Shown in pieces: positions 39,250-53,450 of a DNA stretch of 64,000 nt (its first letter is position 1; each line of letters begins with the position of its first letter). A model generated the notes under the pieces. The model was given only the letters and a program-made list of their open reading frames with translations, was not told the DNA's origin and searched no databases. The position numbers and the translations under genes are program-made. This DNA is from Lama glama (Eukaryota): assembly GCA_028534125.1 (NCBI GenBank), contig CM052817.1, forward strand, positions 24,058,001 to 24,122,000, given 5' to 3'.

Positions 39250-39790
39250 TAATTTTTTAAACAAAATTTATTGAGGTAACACCGGTTTATAACATTACAT
39301 AACTTTCAAGTGTCCAACATTATATTTCAACTTCTATATACGCTACAGTGGGTCATTACCAAGTTTAGTTTCCATTTGTCACCGTATAGTTGATCCCCTT
39401 TACTCATTTCACCTTCCCCCAACCATGTTTCCCTTGGGAACCACCAATCTGTTCTCTGTATCTGTCAGGTTTTGTTTGGTTTGTTCATTTTATTCCACAT
39501 ATGAGTGAAATCATGCGGTACTTGTTTCTCTCCATCTGACTTATTTCATTTAGCATAATACCCTCTGGGTCTATCCACATTGTCACAAATAGCAAGATTC
39601 ATCTTTTTATGGCTGATTATTATTCCATTGTACATATTTATACATCAAGAAGATGTGATATATATACACATATATATAAATCCATTGACAGGCACTTAGG
39701 TTCTTTTCATATCTTGGCTATTGTAAATAATGCTGCTGTAAACACAGGCATGCAACTATCTATTTGAATTAGTGTTTTTGTATTTCAAAG
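39250..39790 (-). mobile_element. L1 3' end
   Basis: attccacatatgagtgaaatcatgcggtacttg...tctgacttatttcatttagcataataccctc. Confidence 0.88.
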
Positions 39791-39849
39791 AATATGAAAA
39801 CATCTAAATCTTCTTTCTGTCAAAGCTAGACAAACAGAATCTTGTCTCA

Positions 39850-40560
39850 ACACTCTTTTTTTTTTTTTTTTATTGTTACAAGGACTTTGAGTTACCTGTT
39901 TTTCTTCCACGCTTGTGGACATTTTATGGGCTCTTTCACCTGAAAATTCACATTCTTCAGTTCTTAGATATATTACTGAAACTTTTTTTGATGATTTCAT
40001 GCTCTCTGTTTTTTCTTTTCCTTATTTCTGATAACCCAATGAAAGATTCTCTGGATTTGTTCTCTAACTACTTCTTTTTTTTATCATCATCTTCTTTTTT
40101 AATCTTTTAATGTTTTGTTCTATTTTCTGGCAATTTTCCTCAACTTTGTTCTTCAATTTTCTTTTGAGTCTTCCTTTTTCCTATCATTGTATTTTTAACA
40201 TTCTAAGATTCTTCTGTTATCTGAATCTACCCTTTTTATTAAATCTTCTGTTCTTTCTCATGAATGTGATACCTTTTCTTATTTTTTACAGAATATGATA
40301 GTTTCTTTGCTTCTTTTCCCATTTTTAGAAATTATTCTCTCCCAGGTTAGTATCTATCTGTTTGTTCCCTTCTAATAGTTTTTTTTGGTTGTTTGTTCTG
40401 TTCATATCTGTCATAATAAAAATTTCCATGTATATTCAATGACTCCTATTTGTCTATTTATCCTTAAGAAAGGGCACTAAAAGCTGGTTGGAAGTTTTGA
40501 GAATATATAGAGCTTGTTGCTTTTTGCCTTCACTTGAAAATGATCTGATTGGGCCATTAT
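39850..40560 (-). mobile_element. Old L1ME-type fragment
   Basis: T-rich degenerate sequence resembling antisense L1 ORF1. Confidence 0.45.
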
Positions 40561-40596
40561 ATTGTAAACAACATTAATGCCAATACTTGTCTACAC

Positions 40597-41126
40597 TGTT
40601 GAGAGTTTAGCTAAGCTTCTCCATTGAATTGCTGCAGTGGCATCTATTTTGTTTGGCCAAGTAGCTTGCAGGGATCAATGTAAGCACATGCTCTAGATTG
40701 TAGCCTGCAGACTCACAAGTGAATGGAAGTTCCTGATGTGACTTTCCCAGCAGCCCTTGTGATTAGTGGTCTCCCCTGCTTCCCACTGCCTTCCCTTTAT
40801 ATGTCCTTACATTAGACCCCAGCAGTGTTTACCAGCACCCTGCTCTTTTGGTTTGAATTGATCAATCCAGCCCAGCCTGGGAACCCCAAAGCACTCTCCC
40901 CATTGACCCTAATAAAGGCTTGTGTCTCAAGTCCTGCCTTTCTCTCTGTCTGCACTCAGCCTTGACTTTCCCATGTGGCTCCTCGAAGCATATGCTGCAC
41001 TTCATCCAGGACCTGGTGAATAATCTTCTCAATTTTAATTTCTCTTGTGGTCTGTTGTTGAACTGTAGCTAACTCCTGGCATCCTGTACTCTACTTAACA
41101 AATGTTAATTTAGCTTAGTCATAACA
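40597..41126 (+). mobile_element. ERVL-group solo LTR (MER74/MER73/LTR53-like)
   Basis: tgttgag...ataaca termini; gaccctaataaaggc; ccttgactttcccatgtggc; ccaggacctggtgaataa. Confidence 0.65.
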
Positions 41127-41485
41127 CACATATATTCATTTACCACATATATACTGTTATTTATAAATTGGAAACATACACTTCTGGATCCTGCGATTAT
41201 AGTAACATTATCTTATGAGAATTATGTAAAATTATTCAAATATTACTTGAAATATGATAATTGGTCTATAGGATTTCATGGTATGAACTGAATATATGTG
41301 CTTTTATAGTTGCGTAGAGGGAGACACAATCACCTGTAACCTCCTTCTGAGCTCTCTCTTCTCTGACCACCCTCGCCACATTCTAACAAGATACTTTACC
41401 CCATTTGTATCAATCAATGCAGAGTCAAATATCAAGTGTCAGGTTCATAGGCTGTATTGGAGCATCAATAAACACACAACAAAAA

Positions 41486-41985
41486 NNNNNNNNNNNNNNN
41501 NNNNNNNNNNNNNNNNNNNNNNNNNNNNNNNNNNNNNNNNNNNNNNNNNNNNNNNNNNNNNNNNNNNNNNNNNNNNNNNNNNNNNNNNNNNNNNNNNNNN
41601 NNNNNNNNNNNNNNNNNNNNNNNNNNNNNNNNNNNNNNNNNNNNNNNNNNNNNNNNNNNNNNNNNNNNNNNNNNNNNNNNNNNNNNNNNNNNNNNNNNNN
41701 NNNNNNNNNNNNNNNNNNNNNNNNNNNNNNNNNNNNNNNNNNNNNNNNNNNNNNNNNNNNNNNNNNNNNNNNNNNNNNNNNNNNNNNNNNNNNNNNNNNN
41801 NNNNNNNNNNNNNNNNNNNNNNNNNNNNNNNNNNNNNNNNNNNNNNNNNNNNNNNNNNNNNNNNNNNNNNNNNNNNNNNNNNNNNNNNNNNNNNNNNNNN
41901 NNNNNNNNNNNNNNNNNNNNNNNNNNNNNNNNNNNNNNNNNNNNNNNNNNNNNNNNNNNNNNNNNNNNNNNNNNNNNNNNNNNNN
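41486..41985. other. Assembly gap (500 N)
   Basis: Run of N. Confidence 1.
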
Positions 41986-42537
41986 AACATCAAAATGGTG
42001 AAGAATTCAACCCCCAGTAGGCCTTGAGGCTCAAGATGATGAGAGATTTAACTTCTAGCAGATCTTGAGCTTCATTATACGCCCATTGTAATATATTAAC
42101 ATGGTGAATAACATGCCCACAGGCACCATGGCAGTCCCAAGGCTAGCCACAAAAGGTCAAAGAGTGGGAAATGGCCAGCTTCCTGGGAATCCCAGCCCCT
42201 TCCCCAGGCTAGTTAAACTGGTCCTTCCACTTATTAGCTATGAAGCCACCAAGCCCATAAAAACCAGCAACACCAACCCTCGGGGCTGCCTCTCTCTCTC
42301 CCTCTTTGAATGTGTACCTACTTTCAATCTGAGCACCCAACCCCCACACCTCATGGCCTTTCTCGTGCCTTTCAGTGCATCTCTCTGAATAAATCTACCT
42401 TCACTCAACTGTGGCTAGCTCTTGAATTCTTTCCTGCATGAAGCCAAGGACTCACACTTGGTGAGGCACATCCCAGGGGCTCAACAGAGACCTGGGACAT
42501 GGCCCTCCTCATGCCCCACATCTGTTTTCCTGCATCA
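41986..42537 (+). mobile_element. ERV1-class LTR (5' part probably begins about 41437, before the gap)
   Basis: cccacaggcaccatggcagtcccaaggc, cccataaaaacc, aataaatctaccttcact, cttgaattctttcctgcatgaagccaagga; ends gcatca. Confidence 0.75.
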
Positions 42538-42995
42538 TATAGACATAGATTAAAATCAGCCAAGGGAAAATGCCCTTGTCTGAAACCTAGGAGAAACAAG
42601 GAGCAAATATCTAAGCCTCCTCTTCCAGTGAAGAGTACACTTAATGTGCGTTAATGAAGACGCACTTAATTCTCCCAACAATCTGCAAAGTGGGGCTAAC
42701 TATGAAAGCTCATCCAAGCCATGGTGTCCAGGGTTTTTACGGGGGGTCAGTCTTGTAAGTATGCAGCCACTTTGACTCCAACACCCCATCCCCCTCCTCA
42801 TGCTTACTCAACCTCAGGAAAAGACATCAAGACCTCAGGCAAACAAAAACACTCTTCTCAGGCAGAATATTCCAAGGGCTGGGAGGTTATCTCCTAGGAG
42901 CTGCCCAAGGGTCAGCCCTGAAGTCATGCTTTTCTTTTGAATGCTCAGGGTTTCAAGCAACCCTGGCTTGCTTTGTAACCCTTTGCTGCCTACAC
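42538..42995 (-). mobile_element. MER21/MER68/MER77-group LTR fragment
   Basis: atagattaaaatcagccaagggaaaa, ggtgtccagggtttttacggggggtcagtc, caggcagaatattccaagggct. Confidence 0.65.
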
Positions 42996-43059
42996 TGGTT
43001 TGGAAGCAACGCGAATTCTGCCTTTGCAGTATCTCTTAGACCTAGCTTTTCTTTTCTGA

Positions 43060-44080
43060 TTTCCTAGTCCTCACATTACTTCCAGGCCTCATCTTCAATC
43101 ATCTAGTCTATTCTCATAGCAACCAAATGGGTGGTTTGACTACCATTTCTCACTCACCAAAATACATCTTCCACATTCTTGTCAGAGTTCTCCTTCTAAA
43201 ACTCAAATTTGATAATGCCACTGCTACACTGTTGACAATACTTTTAATGTCCATTATTTATACAATATCATGTATCTTTTAAGAAACAATAATGTACAAC
43301 TCTACTCATTACATTGGAGCTTTATATTCAATATGTTTGTAAGTAGAAAAAGCTAGAGACAAAACACCACATGTATTACATTCTTGTGAGTGTTTGTATG
43401 TGTGCATGTTTGTGTGTGAGTGTGTGTATTTATCAAAGAGCCTGGAAAAACTGCCCATAAATATTGCTAGTGGTTATCCCTGAGTGGTTTAGAAAACTGG
43501 TGATTTTATTTTCTTAGGTATATCTCAGGAATGTTCTAATTTTTAAATGAACATGTCCTAATTTAAAACACAATAAAGTTAATTAGACATATCTGTGGCT
43601 TGTCAGTGGCTCAAAGATTAAATGTGAACTGTTTCATGTGGATTAAAAGACCTCATGTACAGAGCAGCTCCACCTGATTTTCCATCCTCTTTTCCTGAAA
43701 CTTCAAACCATGAACCCTGCTCTGTAGTCCTATTGAACTTACTGCAACTCCCTGAACATCTCTGCTTGGTCAGCCCTTGATGCCTTTACCTTTTTGCTTT
43801 TATGCCAAGAATGTCTGTCTTTTCTTTGTCTGGAAACTGCTTCCTTTCAAGAACCAAATAAAATGTTAGGAATACTTTCCCAGTGTCCCAGGTAGAATTA
43901 AGACACTGGCCCCAGTGATCCCATGGCATTTTGTCAACATATGTTTTTATAAAATTTAGCACATAAAATTTAAAGTTTATTGTCTATTTTTCTCTACTAG
44001 AGCTGGAGGATTCAAATTAAAACACTGTTGTATCAATGTGTTTATTTCATGGGCTTTTCACAGTGCCTGGCGATACTTCT
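43060..44080 (+). mobile_element. L2 fragments with an intervening old L1 3' fragment
   Basis: ttccaggcctcatc..., aactcctgaacatc..., cacagtgcctggc tail. Confidence 0.55.
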
Positions 44081-44843
44081 TAAAAAATTAATAACTCATC
44101 TCTTTTCATGGAGCTAAGGAAAAGAGCAGTAATTTATAGACAATTAAACATCAATTGTCATATCTACTACCAGCTAATACAGTTTATGAAGTTTCACTTT
44201 TTCTTATGCCAAAAAAACTCTTCTTTCTGTTCAGAGAATAAGAATCAGTAGGTTATGCAGATTTGACTTATGCCTTTAGATGGTGCCATTACTTAGAATA
44301 TTTGATCCAATGTCCAATTTCTGTGGCATTTATGTCTAGTTTTCCCATATTCAAATACCTCTTATAATCAAATAGTTCTCAATTTTGCAATTCAACTTCT
44401 GGCTGTAATTGATGGACAAGGATGAATAAAATACCAATGAGAAAGAATATGTCATTTCACATTCTATTTTTCCTTGGATTACACTGCTGAATAAAAGTAC
44501 CTAGAGCTGTCCACCTTCCATTTTTTTCAACATTCAAGTAAAGATAATTGGTCAGAATTTCTAGGAAATGTCATCCAGATAAATATCCTAGTGATAACCT
44601 CAGATTCAAAACTAGGATCTGATTATGTCAAAAGAATCAGGTAGATAATATTTGCCTTCTTGATGAAGGGTCATGGCTAGGAATAACATCTGTTAGAATA
44701 GAAAAGAATGAGCCAAGAAACTTAGGGAAGCATGCCTCAGATTTCAAAGGCTCAGAATAAGATGGAAGAAGCAGATTCTTATCAAAGGTTTAAGTATCCT
44801 TGTGAGTTTTTAAAATCTATTTATCTATCTACATATAATTTCA

Positions 44844-45352
44844 TGTATGATGGTTAACTTTATGTGTCATTTTCACTGGGCCGCGAGGTGGTCAAATATT
44901 CAAACATTATTCTGGGTGTTCCTGGAGGTTGTTTTGGAATGCGATTAACATTAAAATCTGTAGATGAAGTAAAGCAGACTGTCTTTCCTAATGTGAGTGG
45001 GCCTCATGCAGTCAACTGAAGGCCTGAACAGAACAAAAAGCTGATCCTTCTTTGAGTAAGAGAGAATCTCTCTGTCTGATTGTCTTCGAATTGGACATTG
45101 GCTTTTTCCTATATTTTCACTCAAACAGAAACATTGGCTTTTCCTTGGGTCTCAACACTGTGGGATCTTCCTTCTTTCCGGACCTACACCCTCAGTTCTC
45201 CTGGTTCTTAGGCCTTTGGACTTGAACTAGAACTATACTACCTAGGTTCTCCTAGGTCTTCAGCTTGAAACTCACCTGCAGATCTTGGGAATTAGAAGCT
45301 TCCATAGTCATCAAATGAGCCAATTTCTCATAATTAATTAATTTATTATATA

Positions 45353-45392
<40 letters not shown>

Positions 45393-45432
45393 CCTATTGG
45401 CTCTGTTTCTCTAGAGAACCCTGCCAATAAAA
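44844..45432 (+). mobile_element. MLT2B/C-like ERVL solo LTR with an internal (TATC)n
   Basis: tgatggttaactttatgtgtca...gtgggcctcatgcagtcaactgaaggcctgaacagaacaaaaag...ctcctattggctctgtttctctagagaaccctg. Confidence 0.88.
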
Positions 45433-45999
45433 TATGGATTAGTAAGTTTTATTCTAGGCAGTGGTATTGACAAATGATTCAGAGCCATGGGTAAAACACT
45501 GAAAGGACCAATTCACTATTAAATCATGTTGCCTCAATCAATACATAATAAAGTAAAAGCACAATCAATTGGGAAATTAAAAAAAAAACTTCATATTTTG
45601 TTTAGCATTAAACTTTTATAAAAATTGTGCTTTTAAATATTATGTTTGTAGATTTATTTTAAATGAGTGGAGAAAGGAAAAAACAGAAATAATTTTGCAA
45701 ATAAAAAAGAAAAATTAATTTTTGTCAAGTGCTTGAAAATTTAATGCAATATTCCATAATTAGGCTTAGATAAATGGATATGGTTTGAAAAGAAAGAGAG
45801 AAAGACAAAGAAAATAGAGCAAAAGGTACCAGAACTTCAAAATGAGTATCTGTCAATAGTAATTTTGAATTTCTGATTTCCCCTAGTTAGAATAAACATT
45901 GGAACATGCCTCTCTGCCATGATGATTTTTTTCCTACCTTGGAACATTCATACCACAGGCAAAGAATAAAAAACAATCTGACCTTTGATTGGCACCAAT

Positions 46000-46935
46000 T
46001 TTCGTACCAGTTATCTAGTCCTACAAGACAATCTACTGCAAAACTTCATAGCTTACAGTCATGATGATTTTTCTTATCTCAGAATTTTCTGGATAAGCTA
46101 GATGGTTTTTTATATCTAGATTGATTTTTGCTGGGCTTTCTCATGTGTCTGGGGGCAGCTGATAGGTTTGTGATGGTCAGATGGTTCTGGACGAACTCAC
46201 TCACGTTTCTGGTGATTAGCGTGCAGTTAACTAGGGCACTTGAATTCTCTGCATGGTTTGCTATCCTCTAGCAGGCTAGCGTAGGCTCTATTACATTAAT
46301 CTCAAGGTTCCGAAGTGAACACTTTTCAAATCTCTGTTTATGTTGCCTTTTCTATTGTTCAGTTGGTAATAGGGAAGAACAAATCTGACTCCATATTAGA
46401 TCAGTTCCTTTGGCTCTAACCTTGTGCTCTGTTTCCTGTGCTTAGTCATGCTGGTTCTGCACCTTTTGTAAAAGAGTGTTGCCTACAGCCTGAAATATAC
46501 AGGATAGCCTATTCTCAAGGCTCTGATTGTTAAGGGTATTAACACTTTTCCATTCATATAGGGATAAAAAGTTGCATAATAGAAAATGACATTTGTTTTG
46601 TTGGAGGTTTACAGGGACACCATGACCTGACCCATGTGGACAGCTGCAAGAACAAAGGATTCCAACACCAAGAAGTTTGCAACAGCCAACTATATATACT
46701 CCCTCCCGTTTTTAGTATAAAAGGAGCCTGTATTCTGACTTGGAGAAAATAGTTCTCCTGGACATTAGTCTGCCTTCTTTCGGTCTGCCAGCTTTCCAAA
46801 TAAAGTCATCATTCCTTGCCCCAACACCGTCTCCTGATTTATTGACCTGACGTGAGGCAAGCAGAATGACTTTAGACTCAGTAAAAAATTCTCCAAAGAA
46901 AGTCATATAGCCAAGATTTGTGTTAGCAAGGGAGT
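46000..46935 (-). mobile_element. Old MLT1 LTR split by an ERV1 LTR
   Basis: gctgggctttctcatgtgtctg..., ctcactcacgtttctgg, ctctagcaggctagc; resumes ccaaagaaagtcatatagccaag after 46886. Confidence 0.6.
46365..46886 (+). mobile_element. MER41-like ERV1 solo LTR (artiodactyl-type)
   Basis: taatagggaagaacaaatctgactccatattaga start; gtataaaaggagcc TATA; ccaaataaagtc; cttgccccaacac; ends ctcagtaaaa. Confidence 0.75.
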
Positions 46936-46950
46936 GGTATATCTACAATA

Positions 46951-47295
46951 AAATAGTCCCTCCTTATCTGTGGGCAATACATTCCAAGACCCCTAGTGGA
47001 TGCCTGAAACTGTGGATAGTACTGAACTCTATATATACTATCTTTTTTTTTTTCAATACTACTGGGCAAGTAGTGTATTCAGTGTGGAATTTCTGGGGAA
47101 AGGGATGATTTGTGCCCTGGGTGAGACTGAGCTGGATGGTGCAAAATTTCATCACACTACTTAGAATAGGATGCAACATAAAATTTATGAATTATTTATT
47201 TCTGGAGTTTTCCATTTAATATTTTTGGACTGTGGTTGACAGCAGGTAACTGAAACTGTGGATAGTGAAACCACAGATAAGCAGGGGGACTGCTG
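46951..47295 (+). mobile_element. MER44A (Tigger7-derived) DNA element
   Basis: tagtccctccttatctgtggg...ttccaagacccctagtggatgcctgaaactgtggatagtactgaac...accacagataagcagggggactgctg TIRs. Confidence 0.85.
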
Positions 47296-47349
47296 AAAAA
47301 CAGAAACAAGGAGAAGAAAATTCTGTGACCACTTCTTTTCAATCTATGC

Positions 47350-48200
47350 TTTGAAAGAAAAGAAAAATGAACTAAATAGTAGAATAGACACAGTTGTAAT
47401 TGATGGATTGCACTGGAAAATACTATAGAAGGAAAAATATATAAAGATAGAAGTTTCAGGAAATGGACGATCCAATAACTGAGTAATAAAAATTACAGAG
47501 AGACAGGAAAAAGAGAGAAAGAAATAGAAATTTTGGAGGAGTGGCAATATTTGAACAAAAAAGATATAGCTTACAGTCTTCCAGGCCTATATATTAAGTC
47601 CTCACATTGTACTATATATAAAAACAAAACAAGCAAACTAAAACACACTGGGCACACTGTAGTTAAAGTTTAGAATTTTTTAAAAATCCTAAGAACAGGA
47701 AGCAACAAAATATTACACCTACAAAAGAATCAAGAATCAACTGAACATCAAACTTCTCATCAGAAACAATGAATGCAACAAAGACAACAGAGGAATACAA
47801 TACAAATATTAAGAGGAAAACAATGTTAGGCATAGAATAGCATATTTAGTCGAACTATCATGCAGAGTAAGGATGAAATACAGATGTTTATGGACATGAA
47901 CAGACTCAAATAGTATCTACTCATAGACCATCTCTGAAAGCGCAGCCAGAGCCTACAGGCCAGGAAGAATTTTAAAAATCCAGAAAGAATGAAATAATGA
48001 TTAGCACACAAATTTATAAAATTTATTTTAAATCTAAAAATATTGTGTAGTAAAATTATTTCTTTAAAACAGCAACCTGGAACTGAAATTCTAGTTTATA
48101 TTAATGTGTAATTTGGGTGTAACAGTAAGCAGAGAAGAAAAGAGGGAAGCAAAATGTGTTAATATTTTATTTTGGATGGGGACAAATATAGGTAATCACT
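47350..48200 (+). mobile_element. Old L1ME ORF1-region fragment
   Basis: acacctacaaaagaatcaagaatcaactgaacatcaaacttctcatcagaaacaatgaatgc resembles the L1 ORF1 C-terminal region. Confidence 0.6.
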
Positions 48201-48579
48201 AGAGAAGGTTACTTTACTTTAAATAACATTGTGTTAGACATTTGTTGGATTTCTTTGCCAATCACTTGACTTCCTTTGTCTTTCTATCTATGTTAATTTG
48301 TGAGTCACAAAGACCAGGTATTTGTTCTCTTCAGTCTCTGAAAATAGAACACAAGCATATGTTCAAAGCAAGGCCAAGTGCATGCTGCTTCATTCAAATA
48401 CTGAAAGGAAGAAAGTAATGCAGTATATCAGGAAAAGTCTAGAATTTATGTGTCATCAATGTTGGAATCAAATGTCCACTGTGGTCATATCAGTGTCCAG
48501 CAAGTGTAGCAACAGTATTATAACCAAACTATTACTAGAACATAATTTTGGCCACAATTCCTTTCATGTATTCATTTTC

Positions 48580-48870
48580 CAGCCATTTATGCATTCATTC
48601 ATTCATTCAATAAATTGTTTGAGTATCTACTTTGGGTTGAGCACTTTTCTAGGTGGGAGGGAAACAGCAATGAACAAAAAAAAGAAAGATCAGATTTTTA
48701 TTAAGCCTAAGATATAATGAGTACGGAGAGAGAGAGACTGAGAGAGAGATAGAGAGAGACAGAGAAAGAAAATGAAATAGTCATAAAAAATGGTAAAAAG
48801 TGGAGCCATGGAAGGTGAGAGAGAGTGATAGGGGACTTTTTTACACGGAGTGACCAAGAAAGGCTTCTTT
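48580..48870 (-). mobile_element. L2 3' end containing a (GA)n tract
   Basis: cattcattcattcattcaataaattgtttgagtatctactttggg...gaaacagcaatgaacaaaa. Confidence 0.7.
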
Positions 48871-49019
48871 CAGACCTAAATTCCCTTGTTCCATTTTTAG
48901 TTTTTCCTCAGCTTTCCTATAGATTCTTTGAGCTACCAGACACCATTCCACTACGACTTTTCTGCTTATGTTAGCCAGACTCAATGTCTATGGTTTCCAT
49001 AAAAAGTCCTGACTGGTAC

Positions 49020-49672
49020 TATCTGGAGTGAGCCAGATTGCAAGGACTGAGGGCACACTCTCCCACAAGAGTATCTTCACTTTTTAGCATTAACTGCAAG
49101 CTCAAGTTTCCCAAACTGCTTTCAGGTTTGATAATTCACAGGACTCATAGAATGCATCCAAAGCTATTACACTCATGGTTATAGTTTGTTACAGGGAAGA
49201 GATATGTTCAAATCAGCCAAAGAGACACATAGGTCAGAGTCTGGGAGAGTTACAGACGCAAAGCATCTGTTCACCTCAGGACACGTTACCCTACTAGTTT
49301 TGATGTATGATGACGTGACGGAATATTGCCAACCCTGGAGGTTCACTAGAGTCTTGGAGTCCAGAGTTTTTATTGGGGTTTCATTAAGCAGTCATGACTG
49401 ATTGGATGATTTCCCATGTGGCTGAACTCAAACTCCAGTCTCCCCTTGCCTGGAGATTAGATTAGCATAGTATCATGTGGCCAGAGAGGCCCATCATGCA
49501 TTACCTTGTTAGCAAAAAGTATTAGACTATCAGATGTGGTACCAGGAGTTTAATATGAAAAATAAAGATAATTCTATCACTCTGGAAATTCCAAGGGTGT
49601 AGAGGTTAATTCTAGGAACCAGGGACACAAGCCAGTCTTTTCTTTGGACAAGACCAAATTCTTTACTACACA
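49020..49672 (-). mobile_element. MER21-group LTR
   Basis: aaagctattacactcatggttatagtttgttacag, aaatcagccaaagag, ctggaaattccaaggg, ggacaagaccaaattctttactacaca. Confidence 0.75.
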
Positions 49673-49885
49673 GGTACAAATGTATATGTATTTTAAAAAT
49701 GAAAACAAGTAACATATTCTCATTTTGGTAAATTTAATAATAGATAAATATTCAAAGGAAGAAATGAAAATCATCATTTATTTCAATATACAGATAGTAA
49801 CCACTAGTTAAACTTTGATATATTTTCTTTCTCCCTGTTTTCCTAGGACTTTGAAATCAGATTGTATATGCAGTTTTGTATTCTG

Positions 49886-50380
49886 ATGTGGCAGCTACTT
49901 GAACAGACTTGCTCAGACTCCATTTCAACCTGTTTTCATTAGCAGTCGTTGGAAAGCTAAAACTACATTTCTGAGATGCCTTTGCAGTAAAGGGTTAGAA
50001 TCAAGATATAGTCATGTGAAATTTAGGATTCAGAGATGAGATGGAGGCCATTTTCTGAAGCTACGTTAGTGAAGATGTGATTCTGGAAATCATGAATATT
50101 TGGAGCACGGACTCTGTGCTCCGGGGCCTGGTCACCAGCTGCACAGATGGGAAGCTGTTGAGATGGCAGCAGTGATAGCTGCAGTTAGGAGCAGTGGCTT
50201 TCTACTCTCTGCAGCAGATGTGCTGTGACCTTAAAACCAAAAGAATGATGGGAGTTCATGGATACTGAACCAGTTATTGTTCAAAAATAATTGTGTAAGT
50301 GCCTAATTCCTGGTACTGACTCCTTTCCACACAATGTACCTGGAGTGATTTTTATTTCCAGTTCTGAAATATGAGTGAAA
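49886..50380 (+). mobile_element. Old ERVL LTR (LTR16/LTR33/LTR67 group)
   Basis: ggaaagctaaaactacatttctgagatgcctttgcag; 3' end acctggagtgatttttatttccag. Confidence 0.5.
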
Positions 50381-52929
50381 GCATTTTTTAAAGATTATAT
50401 TATAAATGTTTTTTTTTCCAATCATTAAAATATTCTTAAGAAAAATCACTTTAAATTTCAACTTAAACATTTTTCTACATTGTTCACCTCTTCAGGAATG
50501 AACTTGTAGAATCAATTTAGAAAATCAGATTTTTTTTTCTTAAACCGTTCATTTCTCCTGGGATCTGGGTTACCAAGTTTATTTATTAAAAAGACTTGTA
50601 TATATTTAAACTTTGTACATAGTGCATGAATACTTAGAAAATTTTTGAATTGTCTGGATGATTCCTATGAAAATTCTGGAACCATGGAAACCATGGAAAA
50701 ACCATGGAAACATGGTTGTTTCTTTCGATTTGCTAAGACATCATTCATCTATGTTTGAACAAGTAAAACCTGAGAAAGATGTGATGGATATTGCTAAAGT
50801 AATCGTACTTTTATAAACTACTTAAGTTTCTGTAAGTTTTATTTTAGATATTTTCATGAGTTAATGAACATATTAGCCACAGTTCAAAACACATACAAAG
50901 TTCATAGCAGTAATGTCTTCTGGGATTTTACTTGTAATAAAATTTCTTTTCCTATATGACCCTTTTGTTTGTTTCCTGTATACAGTATTCTCCTTTATCT
51001 CTCCCAGGAAAGTAAATACATGTGTTTAAAAAACCTGTTCTGATTATTCCATCAATTCTCTTTACCTAGAAACTGCTTCTGTTTGTTGAAACTGTTGTCT
51101 CCCTTTTGTAATGTTGGCTTTCCTTAATTTCTGGTGACCCTGATTTACACAGTGGTCATAATCTTCTTTTAGACTGCTTCTTTGTTTGTGCTTTGGTTGA
51201 TAAGCAGGCATTTTAGACAAGGTTTCCATCCTTAGAGCGAGCTTGGGAGATGACTGGAATGTGCTCTAGTTAGGATATTCCAATTTTGTGCTTCCTGTTG
51301 ATCCAGAATGTCTTTTTCTCCCAGTCTAAGTTCTTATACCACCTGTACTGCGTGAAGGCAGTGAATACTGATTCTGCTGCTTGTGTGCTATGGAGAGGGG
51401 AAAGCACAGGGCTGCACTGCCTTTGTTTTCCCTTCTTAGCAGTCTGACCAATAGCCCTGTTGGTTACTTCTGGTGCACACTGACTCCCAGGTTCCACCGC
51501 AAGCAAACCACTACTAATGGTCAGTGATGTCCCTCTACATTTGCAGACTTGTAATTATGAGGTTGTGCAGCCTACTGGCTTCACATCAGAAGATGTCTTT
51601 TCAATTTATCAACACACATTTTGTTTTAAATAAATCACTATTGTATTTTTTTTTTTGAACTCATAAAATCTGGGGTTTGGGGCATTAATCAATCTCTCTT
51701 ACATTCTACAGATTTGTTGGTATTTCTTCAATGCTACAAGAGAAGATCTTCAATCCCCTTATTTCCTTATTTGGTGATAAAAATGTTCACAGTTGCACTT
51801 TATTTTACTGCCAGGTATAATTTTGGTTTACTCCTATAGGTTCTGATATGTGGTGTTTTAATTATCATAACTTTGACATTTTATTGTAATTTCTTTGAAA
51901 TTTGCAGGAATTATTTAGGAAAGTGTTTAAATACTTAGTGATTGGGGTTACTATTCTGCATTTTTGTCAGTAATATAAAGTTTCATTGTAGTAGGATCTA
52001 AAAATGTCATCAATGCTTTTCTAATTGAAGGATTTTTAAGACATGTTTTATGAGCAGTAGAAGTGTATAATCACCTCAAATATCACATATAATACTAAAA
52101 TTTATTAATAAACTAGCTATTATTACTCTTCAGTATCCTTTATCTTACATAGTTAGGCCTGCAGTGGGGAGCCATCCCAGATCTATAAGGATCAAGAAGT
52201 TAACTTTCAAGATCTTGGGCTACTATACAGATCTTCACTTTTTCCTCATATTTCTAGACTATATTTTCCATATGAACAAGAATTGAATATAAAAGTGGAC
52301 AATCTCACTTTCTTGAACTCTGCATTTTTACAGAGAATAGAATGCTTCCAATCATATTTATACTAGTATTTCAACTTTTCAATGTTTTGGGTTAAGTATG
52401 CCTGTTTTAGAATTTGACTGGAATCCACCACAGTACAAGGTTTCTGTCATTTCCAGCTTATCATAAAAGCATTGAAAAGCTCCAATTGAGACATGATGAA
52501 AGAAAAAATGTGCTGTCAATTCTTCAAATTTTAAATTAGCAGTAAATATTTTGGTCACGGGTGCCAATAAAAATATAAAACCATTTTCCCGTCCTTCCAA
52601 ATCTGTTAACGAGAGTGAATTAGAACAAGAGAAATGGGAGGACAATTAAGAAAAAAGCAAAAATGTTTTGTTTACTTTTTAATAGAATTTTCAGGATGAT
52701 AGAATTGTATTATATTACTGGGTTTCTGTGATGTGTACCTAATCTGGCCCCAGAGTATATAATAGAAATATTTGTTTGAGCCAGTCTCAGAATGAGCCTT
52801 CACGTTTCTCTTTATTTTTATGTTTGTCACACTTTCTTTTGCCCTGCCTTGTCTTGTACTAATTCCCTACCCATTCCATTTCTCTTTCCCACTCTACCTG
52901 CATTCTCTCATAAGCAAATGCCTGGATCC

Positions 52930-53450
52930 TATCCCTATTTCCCTGAGAATAAGTTTCATACCCTTGTTATACCTATTTTAAAGATGACTAAACTGAGGCA
53001 CAGGTAAGTACGTTTCTAAAGGACACACAACTGATAAGTGGCAGAGCCAGGTTCAGAAGTCAGGCTGTCAAGTTCAGACTGACCTTGTTCCTGATGACAA
53101 GACTTCCCTCAACACCCTGCCTGAGAGTCAGGGAACAGAGTGTCTCAGTCTTCAACTTCTTTTTGGCTCCACATTAAAGGTCATCATCCTGCATAATCGC
53201 TCAATGAAACCTAAACTTTGTAAGGGGCATGTGATTGCTCAGTGACAGGCTTAGGCTGGTGATCTGCCACTAGGATCACATTTAGCCCTTAAATCTACTC
53301 TGTGAATTCAGTATTATTTTCTCATTAACAAACGAGGAAATGAAAGGGCACATAAATAATTAATTTGCTTAGCATCGTATAATTTATAACTGTTGGATCT
53401 TGGATTCACATATATCTACGGCTGACCCCAAAGTGTTTACTTTATACTTC
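52930..53450 (-). mobile_element. Two MIR fragments
   Basis: cctattttaaagatgactaaactgaggcacagg...taagtggcagagccagg; ctcattaacaaacgaggaaatgaa. Confidence 0.7.

Noticed and set aside
41296..42027. The longest ORFs in the track (182-243 aa here, and 234 aa at 60398-61102)
   Set aside because: They are open only because they run through N gaps
50678..50715. ccatggaaa-type short direct repeats
   Set aside because: No spacers and a eukaryotic context; a slippage repeat, not CRISPR-like
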